Source: Octopus sinensis (lineage: Eukaryota). From it: a DNA stretch of 64,000 bases. A program made the position numbers and the translations under genes. Positions within the stretch are counted from its first letter, which is position 1. Every line of letters starts with the position of its first letter. The DNA is taken from NCBI RefSeq assembly GCF_006345805.1, contig NC_043000.1:103168001-103232000 (forward strand), in the 5' to 3' direction. Shown in pieces: positions 51,950 through 64,000 of this stretch. Under the pieces are notes generated by a model. That model was not told where the DNA came from and searched no databases. It saw only the letters and a program-made list of their open reading frames with translations.

Positions 51950-52968
51950 CACCGAAAATTTTTAACCACTCTACAAACTCTATATATACTCAAGAAATAC
52001 AGCAGTTAATTCAATGCTGGAGTCCCTAATTTGCATACCGAAAAATTTTAACGGCTCTATAAATTATATATATACTCATCAAATACAGCAGTTAATTCTA
52101 TGCTGGAGATCCTAATTTGCATACCGAAAAATATTAACCGCTCTATAAACTCTATATATACTCATCAATTACAGCAGTTAATTCTATGCTGGAGTCCCTA
52201 ATTTGCATACCGAAAAGTTTTAACCGTTCTATAGATTCTATATATACTCATCAAATACAGCAGTTAATTCTATGCTGGAGACCCTAATTTGCATACCGAA
52301 AAATTTTAACCGCTCTATAAACTCTATATATACTCATCAAATACAGAAGTTAATTCTATGCTGGAGTCCCTAATTTGCATACCGAAAAATTTAACCGCTC
52401 TATAAATTCTATATATTCTCATCAAATACAGCAGTTAATTCTATGCTGGAGTCCCTAATTTGCATACCAAAAAATTTTAACCTCACTATTTATTCTATAT
52501 ATACTGATCATATACAGCAGTTAATTCTATGCTGGAGTTCCTAATTTGCATACCGAACAATTTCAACCGCTCTATAAACTCTATATATACTCATCAAATA
52601 CAGCAGTTAATTCTATGCTGGAGTCCCTAATTTGCACACCGAACAATTTTAACCACTCTATAAATTACTCATCAAATAGAGCAGTTAATTCTATGCTGGA
52701 GTCCCTAATTTGCATACCGAAAACGTTATACCACTCAATAAACTTTTCAAATACAGCAGTTAATTCTATGCTGGAGTCCCTAATTTGCATACCGAAAAAT
52801 TTAAACCGCTCTATAAATTCTATATATACTCATCAAATACAGCAGTTAATTCTATGCTGGAGGCCCTAATTTGCATACCGAAAACGTTCTACTACTCAAT
52901 AAACTCATCAAATACAGCAGTTAATTCTATGCTGGAGTCCCTAATTTGCATACCGAAAAATTTTAACT
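51950..52968. repeat. 86-bp minisatellite, 12 units, with 75- and 78-bp variant units
   Basis: AAATACAGCAGTTAATTC recurs at 51995, 52081, 52167, 52253, 52339, 52424, 52510, 52596, 52674, 52749, 52835 and 52910. Confidence 0.95.
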
Positions 52969-53290
52969 ATCCATCTGAAAGGGGTACATCAGACATATTC
53001 ATCACAGTCATATGGGCGTGACATGGTGATTTAATATCAGGATGAACAGCGTATGACCCTGGAGATTGGGCCCAGTTACAATTTTCTTGAGGTTGAGTAC
53101 TCCATCCCACCCACTCAAAAGGTCCCTAAATAAGGGTTGTTTAAGGATGATGAACGAAATACCCATGTTTCCACGGGTGAATTATTCGAACCCCAAAGTA
53201 TCCTTCTCAACACATGGCTATGATGTTCCGCCGCTACTCCTGTTCGTGATCAGGGATGCCCAAATCGCCAGCCACTAAAGGACATGCAAA
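52969..53290. repeat. Probable LINE-derived (RTE-like UTR) dispersed repeat
   Basis: GC-elevated non-coding segment resembling an abundant octopus repeat as I recall it; single copy here. Confidence 0.35.
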
Positions 53291-53424
53291 TCTGCGTTAT
53301 TGACCAGGATATTTGTTGTAGCCTATCATTTACGCCAAGACAAAACGCGTACATGACAACGCTTTCCAATCTGTTAATAGCAGAATCCAAGAGAGCCACT
53401 AGTTGGTACTCCATCAGAGCATTT

Positions 53425-53830
53425 ATTATTTTCTTCTTATTATTGTTGTTTATTTTTAATTTGCATGTTTGTTGCAATCACTTGCCGAGACACACCCAGC
53501 ACCCTAGGGCAAGTGAAGGATAAGAGATTTTGCAGTAGGACTGAAAGCTTGGGAAGGGGAAGTTACAGGGGCAGTATCGAAATATCTTCATGTAATACAA
53601 CACAGACATTTAAATTAATAGTTTTCTTCTAAAGATGTGGGCAATACTTGTCAGTACAATCCTGTGGATTTCTCTGAGACATGGTCCTCCTGGAACGTTT
53701 CTGGCATCCCTTTTTTATCATACCTAGGGCACCTACAGTAACAGGAACAGTTATTATTTTAAGATGCCACATCATTTGTATTTCAATTTCCAGGTCCTTA
53801 TATTTACTTAATTTGTCAATTCCTTTACAA
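53425..53830 (-). pseudogene. Dong/R4-clade LINE C-terminal RLE fragment plus 3' UTR
   Basis: DKLSKYKDLEIEIQMMWHLKIITVPVTVGALGMIKKG (53650-53830); probable 3' UTR and (TAA)-rich tail at 53425-53520. Confidence 0.85.
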
Positions 53831-56269
53831 ATATATTTTTACGTATTATTATTGTTATTATTGTTGTTGTTGTTGTTGTTGTTCAATAATGATAAGATGA
53901 ATTTAATGCCTCTGAGTAGATATAATACAGCACGCAATGTATTTATATATTATTAACGGCTAATTACATCCACATCACACGGATGAGGAAACGTGCAAGT
54001 GTCATTCATTATCTTTTTCTACATTCATTCTAGCTGTCATCATCATCATCATCATCATCTTAATCATCGTGGTCGTCGTTGTCGTCATCGTCACCATTCT
54101 CATTACCGGTAGTATTATCATCTACATTTAGGTTTCCGTGCTACTGATGGGGCCATTGGGTCGTCGGGTCACCCTACAAGCTAGAAATATCAGAAATATC
54201 AACAAAACCTCCCACAAGCTAGAAATATCAGAAATATCAACAAAACCTCAATTAAGTCACACCTTACACTCTAATATAAAGCATTTTAGACAATATAGTC
54301 TGATTTACATTAGGTTTGAAAAGATAAGGTGTCAACGAAGAGAATTCCTATGATCATAGGTTAGCTTAAATCGGTTACACTTACACAGATTTATCAAAAG
54401 CGTTCAGCCATGACCATCTCATTTTATTTTCATGTATACTGTGTATAAACAGAACTATGTTATTTTATGTAATCTTCCGAATGTTAAGGTGTTATTTGAG
54501 AAGAGATTTTGCTGATATCGTTGTTGTTTAGCCTTAGATGATCCCCGGTCTACACATATTAAATAACATTCCAATCATTACCATCTAGGCCCCTCTTTTT
54601 GATATACCTAAGACTGCGTTGTTCGATATTTTCTTTTCAAAAGGGTAGCGTGTGTTTTGAGGGAGATTTAGTTGCTATGTCTACGTATAGTCACGTAGGA
54701 GTTCTCTTGTTGATACGTTTTAAGTAATTTTCGTGCGTCGTAGTTTTATCATAGGTATTTTCATATCTTTTATTTTATAGCTTACGATCGTTTCTAGTCC
54801 AAATTTAAAACTTTTTCATGACCCCTGCTTAACAGTAATATTTGTCTTGCTATATGGGACTCAGACACTAATGACTTTTATATGTTTTGCTTTTTAGAAA
54901 GGCTGTGAGTTGCCAGGAAAATACTTTTTCTAGTGATGCCATCTATATTTTAAAAACATAATTAAATAATGTTAAGTTAATAAAATTATAATCGTTTTAT
55001 TATGCATTTTAATATTTACATCAACACTGCGTTTCGACCGGAAATCTTCAATAATCATCATGTGTCATATTCCTTCCTAGATATATTTTCTGTACACATC
55101 CAGGGACAGCACACCTGCTAAAATAGGCAATGATGTTCAGTGGTCAAATTAGGGCCAGTGAATATCATTCACCCGCAAGAAATAACAGTTACATTTTCCT
55201 CAATTCACACCCTGCCGTCTTCAAATATATATATATATACCAGAAGCAACAGAGTGACTCAAAGTTCGAGAATTTCGTGCGTTACATATATAGAAAATGG
55301 ATTAATTGAACTATGTAGTCCTATGCCTGAAAAAGGAAAGACTAGTTGTGGTTGGAACATCTTTGATCATATAGATCTACTTAATCAGTGCTAATCTGGG
55401 CCTAATCAACAACAACAATATCATCTAAGATCTTGTTTCTTTGATGAAAAATCTTTGAGTCTTTTAAAGTGGCAGGAGATAATCTAAGATTTCTATCAAT
55501 TCTCTTATCTCGCCAATTGCATGTAAATCGCACAAAACAGATTTACACAGCTTGTGTCATCAAAGACAATTTAGACACTTTTTATCTTAAGTAATAAACT
55601 AATAAACCAAGACACGTGGTTGTTTTCTTGAATCACACCGCAGACACACCACGCAATCACGAAACAACAAAAACAACAGCAGTAGCAACAACAACAACAA
55701 TAATAATTATAAAACTAATGATGACGATGATGATGATGATGATTACAACAACAACCATATCAACAACATTATCCCTGATTAAGAGAATAACAACAGAAAG
55801 CGTTTCTATCGTGAGAGCTTTGAAACTGATCTCTTCCACGCTAAATTTGGCAGATGAAAGGATTTTGGATTAGTGTCCGTATTAATCTCAAGTCGATAAT
55901 TTATTTCAGTTCTGAAAGGTATTGATAATAAATGATCTCATTTCTCTAATTATCAATCAATTTATTTTCTCTATATTTGTCTGTTTCTTTTTTTTTCTGT
56001 TATTAACTTAAATACTAGCGGTTAATGATGTATCTAATGGTATGTCTTACCTTTTCTCCTTACTTAGATAATAATGGTTTGTAATTTAGACACAAGGCCA
56101 GCAATTTTAGGGTGACTGCTACTTCTTTATTTTACCAACCATGATATGATGAAAAGGCAAAGTTGACATCGGCGTGATTTGAAAGTAAATCGTCAGGAAC
56201 CGGAAGAAATTGCACAAACCATTTCCATCGATGCTCTACCGATTCTAACAAGTCACCGCCCTTCTTACT

Positions 56270-56790
56270 TCAAATTTTGTCTCAAGACCAGCAAATTTCA
56301 GAGAGACAAATTTCGATTGTTGTTGTTGTTTGTGCCTTCTGGAGGCATGCCTGGCTCATAAGGGCCGGTTTCCCGGTTTCCTTGGCGTATAGGTTACCCA
56401 CCTGGACGGGACACCGGTCCGTCGCAGGTGAGCTGCAAGATGCAGGAGGAAAGAGTGTGAGAAAGTTGTGGCGAAAGAGTTAGCAGAAGTTCGCCATTAC
56501 TTTCTGCCGAAGCTGCGTAGAGCTTAGGTGTTTCGCTCATAAACACACACATCGCCCGGTCTGAGATTCGAACCCGCGATCCCTCGACCACGAGTCCGCT
56601 ACTCTAACCACTAGGCCTTGTGCCTCCACAAGATAAGTCGATAAGTCGAGTACAGCTGGTACTTATTTTATTGACCCCGAAATGAAAGGAAAAGTCAACT
56701 ACAGCGGAATTTGAACTCAAAACGTAAAGGCTGAAGAAATGCCGCTAAGCATTTTTGCCAGTGCGGTAACGATTCAGCCAGTTCACCGCT
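56270..56790 (-). mobile_element. SINE family C interrupted by the element at 56317-56629
   Basis: C tail at 56270-56316 and C core/head at 56630-56790. Confidence 0.7.
56317..56629 (-). mobile_element. Chimeric SINE: family B-like head + family D-like tail (tail 3)
   Basis: Head GTGGAGGCACAAGGCCTAGTGG...GGGTTCGAATC; tail TGCGACGGACCGGTGTCCCGTCCAGG...GAAACCGGCCCTTATGAGCCAGGC resembles the D tail; (AAC)n end. Confidence 0.8.
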
Positions 56791-56794
56791 TTTG

Positions 56795-57025
56795 CTTCTT
56801 TCAGTCACTGAACTGCGGCCATGCTGGAGGACCGCAATGAAGGGTTTCAGTCGCAAAAGTCGACCCCAGTTCTCATTTTTTAAGTCTGGTACTTATTCAA
56901 TCGTTCAATTTTGCCGAACGGCTCACATTACGGGGACGTAAACGAACCAACATCTGTGGTCAAATAGTGATGAACTCAGAACCATGTGGTCACGAAAAAA
57001 CAACTTGCCACACAGTCACGCCTAC
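56795..57025 (-). mobile_element. SINE family A, degraded and deleted
   Basis: CAGTCA.TGAACTGCGGCCATGCTGGAG..CCGC body and a head remnant. Confidence 0.7.
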
Positions 57026-57056
57026 ACCTTGTGTGTGTGTGTGTGTGGTGTGTGTG

Positions 57057-57087
<31 letters not shown>

Positions 57088-57147
57088 CGTCTGTTTAGAT
57101 AGATACAGAGATAAAATTCACACACACACACATAATATATCTATATA

Positions 57148-58404
57148 CAGGGTGCGGTGAATAAACAGTCGTCTAAATTACGCAAAAAGGAAAATAACGT
57201 TGACGTCTCATTTTGGCAGATATATTTACGAAAATTACATTAAAATATTTTGAATTAAAATCGCCATTGGCTTCAACCACGGCCTCAAGACGACTTTGGA
57301 ATCTCCTGCAAATCTTCTGGACGGTTTCCTTGTTTAAGTTGATGAATGTTGCCATAATCCTTGCCTTCAGCTTATCATTGGTGTTACAAGGAGTTTTATT
57401 GATCTCTCGCTTAACTGTGCCCTGCACATAATAATCAAGGGGTTGCAGTGTGGGGAGCTAGGTGGCCAGTTGTTAGGGGTGGTCGCAGAAATTGTCTAAC
57501 AGCTATGACGCGGTTCTCCTGCATGTTTGGCATGATGTAGAATCCTGTTACCAGACAGGGTCTTCCAGCAGCCACCCTCTTGACCCAGAGCAGCACTACT
57601 TCCTCCAGGTACTTGATCTAGGCCTCCGTGTTGAGTCTGAGTCCGTGTAGGAAGATGAATGGAAGCATAACGTTTCCATCACTAGTGAGCACTCCAAACA
57701 CCATGATGTTGGCTGGATGTTTGATTTTTATCACTCTCGGTACATGTTTTGGGGACACGACAAGCCAACGGTTGTGTTTACCATCTAATCCTAGCAGAAA
57801 TTTTTCTCGTCTGAGAAAAAAACAAAGCATGTTCGACTGGATTGTATGTTTGAATTTATTCAAAAGCTTCGTAGCGCAGTCATTCCTCTTTTCCGTAATG
57901 GCTTGGGATAAAAATTGGCCCTTTCTCATCTTGTATGAAGAATATCGAAAGTCTTCGTGCACTACCTGCCTGATAGACACTCTCATGTCACTGGCGATGG
58001 ACCTGACTGACTTGGCGAGATCGTTGTCAATTATGGTCTGGATCTCACCAACAAATTCAGGAGTTCTTTTCTTATCAGAATGATTAGAGTGAGTTTTGCT
58101 TGCTGCCGTACCTTCGTAATCACCATTAGTCTCATCCAACTCTTTCCGCTATATTGTCTTCAGATTGACACCCAAACACTCTGAAATGTTCATATTGGAG
58201 CTTCCGGCGCGAATGCCAAGCAATATAGCATGTCGTTTCCAAAAATTTGTGGCAGAATGAAGTGAACTGCGTCATGGTGCTGTTTTTTCTCACAGACGGT
58301 GCCCAACTGACCCTACTATACTGTGCAGTCGACAAAATCAAATCAAAAACAAACAATGCGAAATGAAAAATATAAAATGGTGAGAACTTAGCCTTTGCAC
58401 CCTG
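57148..58404 (-). mobile_element. Tc1/mariner transposon of the maT (DD37D-like) type, near full length, inactivated
   Basis: Ends CAGGGTGC / GCACCCTG with TA at 57146-57147; transposase pieces KHPANIMVFGV.TSDG, LRLNTEA*, WPPSSPHCNPLDYY and RLEAVVEANGDF; many frameshifts. Confidence 0.92.
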
Positions 58405-58929
58405 CATACGCGTCTGTATATGTTCATATACTGGGCATACATGTACATAAAGTAAAATTCTACGGATCTTCCGTCGGGTTTCTCCGATGTGTATTCCAGT
58501 TGGTTGCTCAACTAAATTGCCTACTCACTTTATCATAATTGCCAAGGCTAAATAATCCACAGACATTCATACCATTCATGAAATCCCGATAAACCGTACC
58601 CCTGGGGTAGCCCGTTTAATTATACCTACAGCTCAACCGGCTGACTTCCAAGCGGTTTCCGTCTATCTAATTTCACTCACAAGACTTAGACTTAGGTCAA
58701 CCCAACTCAGGTCAAGTAAAAATAATACATATCCATGATACCATATAGTGGAATCGAACTCGAAGAACTCACGATTTGATGCGAGCTTTTTCACTGCTCA
58801 GTGATACCCATTAACAAACGCTCGCACTCACATATGTGAATATAACATATTACGTGAATATAACATAGGTGCACAGATTCTTTTCCCATAGCTTCAATAT
58901 CAGACAAATTGTCCACTATAGACGTATGT

Positions 58930-58960
<31 letters not shown>

Positions 58961-59094
58961 CATGGCTGGCCACTAACAAATTTTTTCTGCAATATAAGGA
59001 TGTTCTATCCTGTTTATGCTATTCAGCGTTATTATTACGCGTTTGAGAATAGAATATTTCCATACACACTCAAAGAAACACACACACAAGCCTG

Positions 59095-59118
59095 CGCATA
59101 TATATATATATATATATA

Positions 59119-59179
<61 letters not shown>

Positions 59180-59195
59180 TATATATATAATATAT

Positions 59196-59270
<75 letters not shown>

Positions 59271-59350
59271 TATTATATATATATGAAAGCGAATGCGCAT
59301 TTAAAGACCATGCGCATATATATATATATTTGCACAACAAATATTTAAAC

Positions 59351-59389
<39 letters not shown>

Positions 59390-59390
59390 G
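59095..59390. repeat. (TA)n tracts with a duplicated 31-bp unique segment
   Basis: ATGAAAGCGAATGCGCATTTAAAGACCATGC at 59283-59313 and 59388-59418. Confidence 0.9.
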
Positions 59391-60062
59391 AAAGCGAATG
59401 CGCATTTAAAGACCATGCATGGAGTTAAAGGTAACGTCTTGAAATGTCAGTTGACCTTATTGTAAGAATACACGTTTCATTCCATTGTAACATCGCAAAG
59501 GAAGTAAATACAACAACGAAATCACGAACAAAAGAAAGCAGTATGCCAGTATAGAATTGTAATAGTAGACTTTGTTCCATTGACATTTAATGCCAATGGT
59601 TAGTGATGTGTGATGTTCCGCTCAGTGATTCATAATCTCTTGTTAGTCATTTGGCGCAAAAGACCAAGACCAATGCAAAAACGCCGGACAATGAATGTTA
59701 TGATAAAAGGGAATGGTAGAGTTAGATTTCTGATCATCTTAATGACACGGTAAAAATTGCCCAAGGATGTCTTCTGCATCAAGAACATAGTTAAATAGAG
59801 TCTGACATATTTAATGTAGTGAATCAAACAGAATGTTTAATTAATTGAAATTTTGTGCCCAATCAAAAGAAAAAAAAAATTCATTAGCGCTAATGATCAT
59901 TTCTGTCAAGGACAGCAAGAAAGAGAACTCCGATATATAAGCTGATTAAAAATGATTTAAAGATTTTCAGTGGAAAGTAAGTCTGTTCTTTGGTAGATGC
60001 CAGTTAATTAGTATATGCGAAGTCTTATATACTGCTTATTAACGCTAACATTTTCCTTAAAG

Positions 60063-60330
60063 AGGTGCAGGTGTGGCTGGGTGGTTAAGAAAAGATGCAA
60101 ACATGTCTATATGGTTAAGAAGCTCACTTTGCAACCACTTGGTTTCTAGTTCAGTCCCACTGTACGGCACCTTGAACAAGTATTTTTTTTTACTATATCT
60201 TCGGACAGGCCAATGCCTTGTGAGTAAATTTGGTAGGAGGGAACCGCTAAGTTACAGGAAATTAAACGAACTAATACCTGTTGCCAAGCAGTAGTGGTGT
60301 GACACATGCAAACACAACGACACTCAAACA
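60063..60330 (+). mobile_element. SINE family A, degraded
   Basis: GGTGCAGGTGTGGCTG...CAACCACTTGGTTTCTAGTTCAGTCCCACTG head. Confidence 0.7.
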
Positions 60331-60919
60331 AACATAGATATCCACAGAAAATAAAATGAATCTCTTGTTTACAACTTTCAAACACTACCTCACTGCCTTT
60401 TGCTGCCTGATAACTTTAACCGATACTGAACATCGCCACAATAATTGGGTTCTTGCTATTATACATGTGGTCTACTTCCTACAGAGAGTATGTGTCTCTC
60501 TAACTCTTAAGTTATATATGCATTCACTACACCAGTTATCTACTGTCATACATTCATGACTCCAATTTTCTTTTATAATGTCTTGTATTCCTCACAAGCC
60601 TTTCTCTTATAATCTACCTCACGCTCTCTTTGACGATTGAACTGGTAACTATTAATATCCTTTATGAAGGATATTCCTTAATTCTTACTCTCTGAAGAAA
60701 GAAGAAAGAATCTTTGCTCAATGAAATATGCACCATATACACAGCTATTCTAGAAACAGCTGAAGAGACTTTATGCATAACTTCTTAATCTCTTATTTAC
60801 TCTGACAACTACGAAATTATATTTGAATCATAAATTACATGCTCTAAAGTGATACCAAATTTTTTGTTTGTTCAATCTTCCTTTCAATATTCATACATAT
60901 ATATCTGTATATATATATA

Positions 60920-61080
60920 TACGACAAGTTTCTGTCAGTTCTCGTTTACCAGATATATTTCCACATGACTTTGGTCGATTTGCGGCCATAGAAGACAGTT
61001 GCCCAGGGTGCCATGCAGTAGGCTGAAATCGGAACCATATGGTTAAGAAGCAAACTTCTTACTACACAACCAGGCCTGCA
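60920..61080 (-). mobile_element. SINE family A head
   Basis: Reverse complement head. Confidence 0.7.
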
Positions 61081-61271
61081 CCTTTTTTATCTCTTGGTCA
61101 ACAGAAACTTCGGGACTTCTCTCTCTTACTCCCATATTACTTTTCTTGTCATTATGGTTATACTGACAATAAGTGGGTTCAACATTACTTCGGATGCGCA
61201 TTAACTTCAGTAGTTAATTAAATATTGTTGTCCGCTTCCTTACTTAATCTGATAATATAAGGTCGCTTCTG

Positions 61272-61687
61272 AAGACGGCAAGCTGGCAGAAACGTTAGCA
61301 CGCCGGGCGAAATGCGTAGCCGTATTTCGTTTGCCGTTACGTTCTGAGCTCATATTCCGCCGAGGGCGACTTTACCTTTCATCCTTTCGGGGTTGATAAA
61401 TTAAGTACCAGTTGCACACTAGGGTCGAAGTAACCGACTTAATCCTTTGCCTGTCCTTGTTTGTCCTCTCTGTGTTTAGCCCCTTGTGGGTAGTAAAGAA
61501 ATAGGTATTTCATCTACCGCTACGTTCTGAGTTCAAATTCAGCCGAGGTCGACTTTGCCTTTCATCCTTTCGGGGTCGATTAAATAAGTACCAGTTACGC
61601 ACTGGAGTCGATATAATCGACTTAATCCGTGTGTCTGTCCTTGTTTGTCCTCTCTATGTTTAGCCCCTTGTGAGCAATAAAGAATTA
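61272..61687 (+). mobile_element. Dimeric SINE C2 with an 18-bp TSD
   Basis: TSD AATATAA(G/A)GTCGCTTCTG at 61254-61271 and 61688-61705; head + 2x core/tail. Confidence 0.92.
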
Positions 61688-61973
61688 AATATAAAGTCGC
61701 TTCTGCCAATTTTCTTTTAACTTCTTATTGCAGTTTAACTTCTTATTGCAGTTTAAGTACGAATTATAAAGATTAAAGAATTCGCATCTATTAAATAACG
61801 ACTAATAATATTTTAAAGTTAAGACTCTAAACCCTGTTGCTGAATTATGATTTTATTAATACTAATAGACTAGTATATACAGTAATCTTTCTCAAAAAAT
61901 ATTCGAATCACAGGGGTATATGTTTGCATGTATGTATGTATGTATGTATGATATGTATGTATGTATGTATGTA

Positions 61974-62008
<35 letters not shown>

Positions 62009-62298
62009 ATGAATATGCCAGTGCACGCTGCACGAGCATACGCAAAGAATGACTTATGTAATTTATATAAAACATGCAATCTGTTTACCTATCTTTTTAT
62101 CTACCTGTGTGTATTGTAAGCTTGTAACCGTTTAAAATTAATCAGTGTGTCCGTGTGCGCATACGTGTGTATGTGTGTATATATGTATGTATAATGAATA
62201 TGCATACACACACAAACACACACTCACACTCAGACACACACGCGCACTCACACACATAAACACATATACTTTCCTGTATACTACAAATTGACTACGCC

Positions 62299-62339
<41 letters not shown>

Positions 62340-62638
62340 TTACACAAATACGTATGCATACATTCTGGAATCAAAAGGAAACTAAATTATTAATTGTTTA
62401 TGTTGAAGCATAACGAACTATCTTAACAACACGGAATATATCACCACAGAACAATCAGATTTAAGAAAATGGATTGCATTTCACGCTTGATCTAACAGCT
62501 TATTTCGCTTCACTGCATCATCATATGATGTATGTAATTAGTGAAGGCGATTATGAATATGAAAGGCTGGCATCTAACATTTAAAATATCAAATCGCATA
62601 CGTTTGTGTATGTGTGTATGTATGCTTTAATGTACGTG

Positions 62639-62672
<34 letters not shown>

Positions 62673-62675
62673 CAT

Positions 62676-62708
<33 letters not shown>

Positions 62709-63724
62709 AATAGAGAAAGAGAGAGAGAGATGTAAGTATGCATATACTTAATACATACATACACACGTACATACATAAGTATGGATGCACGAATATATGC
62801 CTGTATTGAAATGGCACGTGTCGTTCGTTCACACCTTGCCGTCAAAAGTGACGTATGCGTCAAAGTTGAATGGTCATGCAAAAATGAGAAATTTATTCAA
62901 AGAAAGGAGTGGATTAAGAGGGTGGGATAAGTTAAGGAAGTCGTGACAAGGATGTAGTAGTAGTAATAGTAGTAGTAGTAGTGTAGTAGTAGTAGTAGTA
63001 GTAGTAGTAGTATGGGTGCGTGCGTTGCAACAGCGCTTCGCTGCATACATCATATGTTAGATTCCTTACTCTTGGGTGGGGGGGGGGGGAGACGCCTTTG
63101 CACCACTGAGGCGATAACCTTTCAATCCATGTGTCTGTTTTCGGTAGTTGTTGCTGGTGAGGGTTTTACAAGATCAGAGTGCAAATTCTCAACTGCTCCT
63201 AGATGTCTTTTACGACATGCAGAGGACACGTTGGGTCTATTCTTTGACACGTCAGTCCCCACATAGCACAAAGGATGAATAATAATTCCCACTTTATTTT
63301 CACCGTCCTCCTATTCTCAATATGGGAATTTCTACGTAGTCATTTGATCTACTAGCAGAAAAAAAACCCCAAAAAACAGTCAGATATGCTCAAATCACAC
63401 AGTATGTCCAGTGAACACTGCTTTAAGAAAATTGGGATGGTCACATCTGAAAGGCCTGTTTAATCGTAAATGTACTGGATTAGAGATGACCAGGCACTAA
63501 ACAATATGAACTGTTTTACCGGTGCCTAGCACGCTTTACTTCAGTGATGAGCAGCTCAGAGACACACAGACAAATTTCCTTTTGTATAACTGTCTATAGC
63601 AGGGGTTCTCAGCCACCAAACCGCGGAATAGTACTTGGCTGCACGGATTGAATAAATTTTAAAATTTTATAGCTATTATATTGCAGTCTGCAGAATGTTT
63701 TTGTATTATATATATATATGTAAT

Positions 63725-64000
63725 ATTAGTTTCAAATTTTGGAACAATGGCTAGAAAATTCGCAGGGTGGGGAGTTGATTACATAGACCTCAGTATTCAA
63801 CTGGTACTTGTTTTATCGAACCCGTAAGTTCTTATTTCTTTATTACCCACAAGGGGCTAAACATAGAGGAGACAAACAAGGACAGACAAAGGGATTCAGT
63901 CGATTACATCGACCCCAGTGCGTAACTGGTACTTAATTTATCGACCCCGAAAGGATGAAAGGCAAAGTCGACCTCGGCAGAATATGAACTCAGAACGTAA
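63725..64000 (-). mobile_element. SINE C2 inserted into a SINE C (runs off the window end)
   Basis: C tail and core at 63725-63820 interrupted by TTCTTATTTCTTTATTACCCACAAGGGG... Confidence 0.8.

Noticed and set aside
52546-53021. ORFs with repeated SSNTAVNSMLESLICIPK
   Set aside because: Translations of the 86-bp minisatellite; the unit length is not a multiple of 3, so frames break
55025-55052. Reverse-strand TTGAAGA..GGTCGAAACG hammerhead-like motif
   Set aside because: Stems I and II are too degenerate to support a call

Overview
Eukaryotic, AT-rich, repeat-saturated genomic DNA, most likely from an octopus or other coleoid cephalopod. The main clue is an 18S rRNA fragment with a roughly 260-nt GC-rich V7 expansion. 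There is no intact protein-coding gene and no CRISPR or prokaryotic system. Most ORFs in the supplied track are microsatellite artefacts. The window is a mosaic of (1) at least four tRNA-headed SINE families, labelled A-D here, in dozens of copies, many nested and several with clear TSDs; (2) decayed non-LTR retroelements: two CR1-like RTs, Penelope RT, GIY-YIG and terminal repeats, Dong/R4, Hero and RTE ends, and a gag/ORF1-only element; (3) DNA elements: a maT/mariner transposon, non-autonomous Helitrons, hAT-like and foldback MITEs; (4) an 18S rRNA pseudogene; (5) two minisatellite arrays and abundant microsatellites; and (6) a few unique islands that may be small exons of a long-intron host gene (strand unresolved, protein not recognised). 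The most notable observations are an ORF1-only retroelement inserted with a 14-bp TSD into a SINE tRNA head, decayed minimal hammerhead ribozymes in (TA)n-anchored Penelope ends, a dimeric SINE that moved as a unit, one SINE head carrying three different tails, an exact head-to-tail Helitron junction, and minisatellites carrying repeated STAT/kB or octamer motifs. All family assignments are by eye and from memory; no database search was run.
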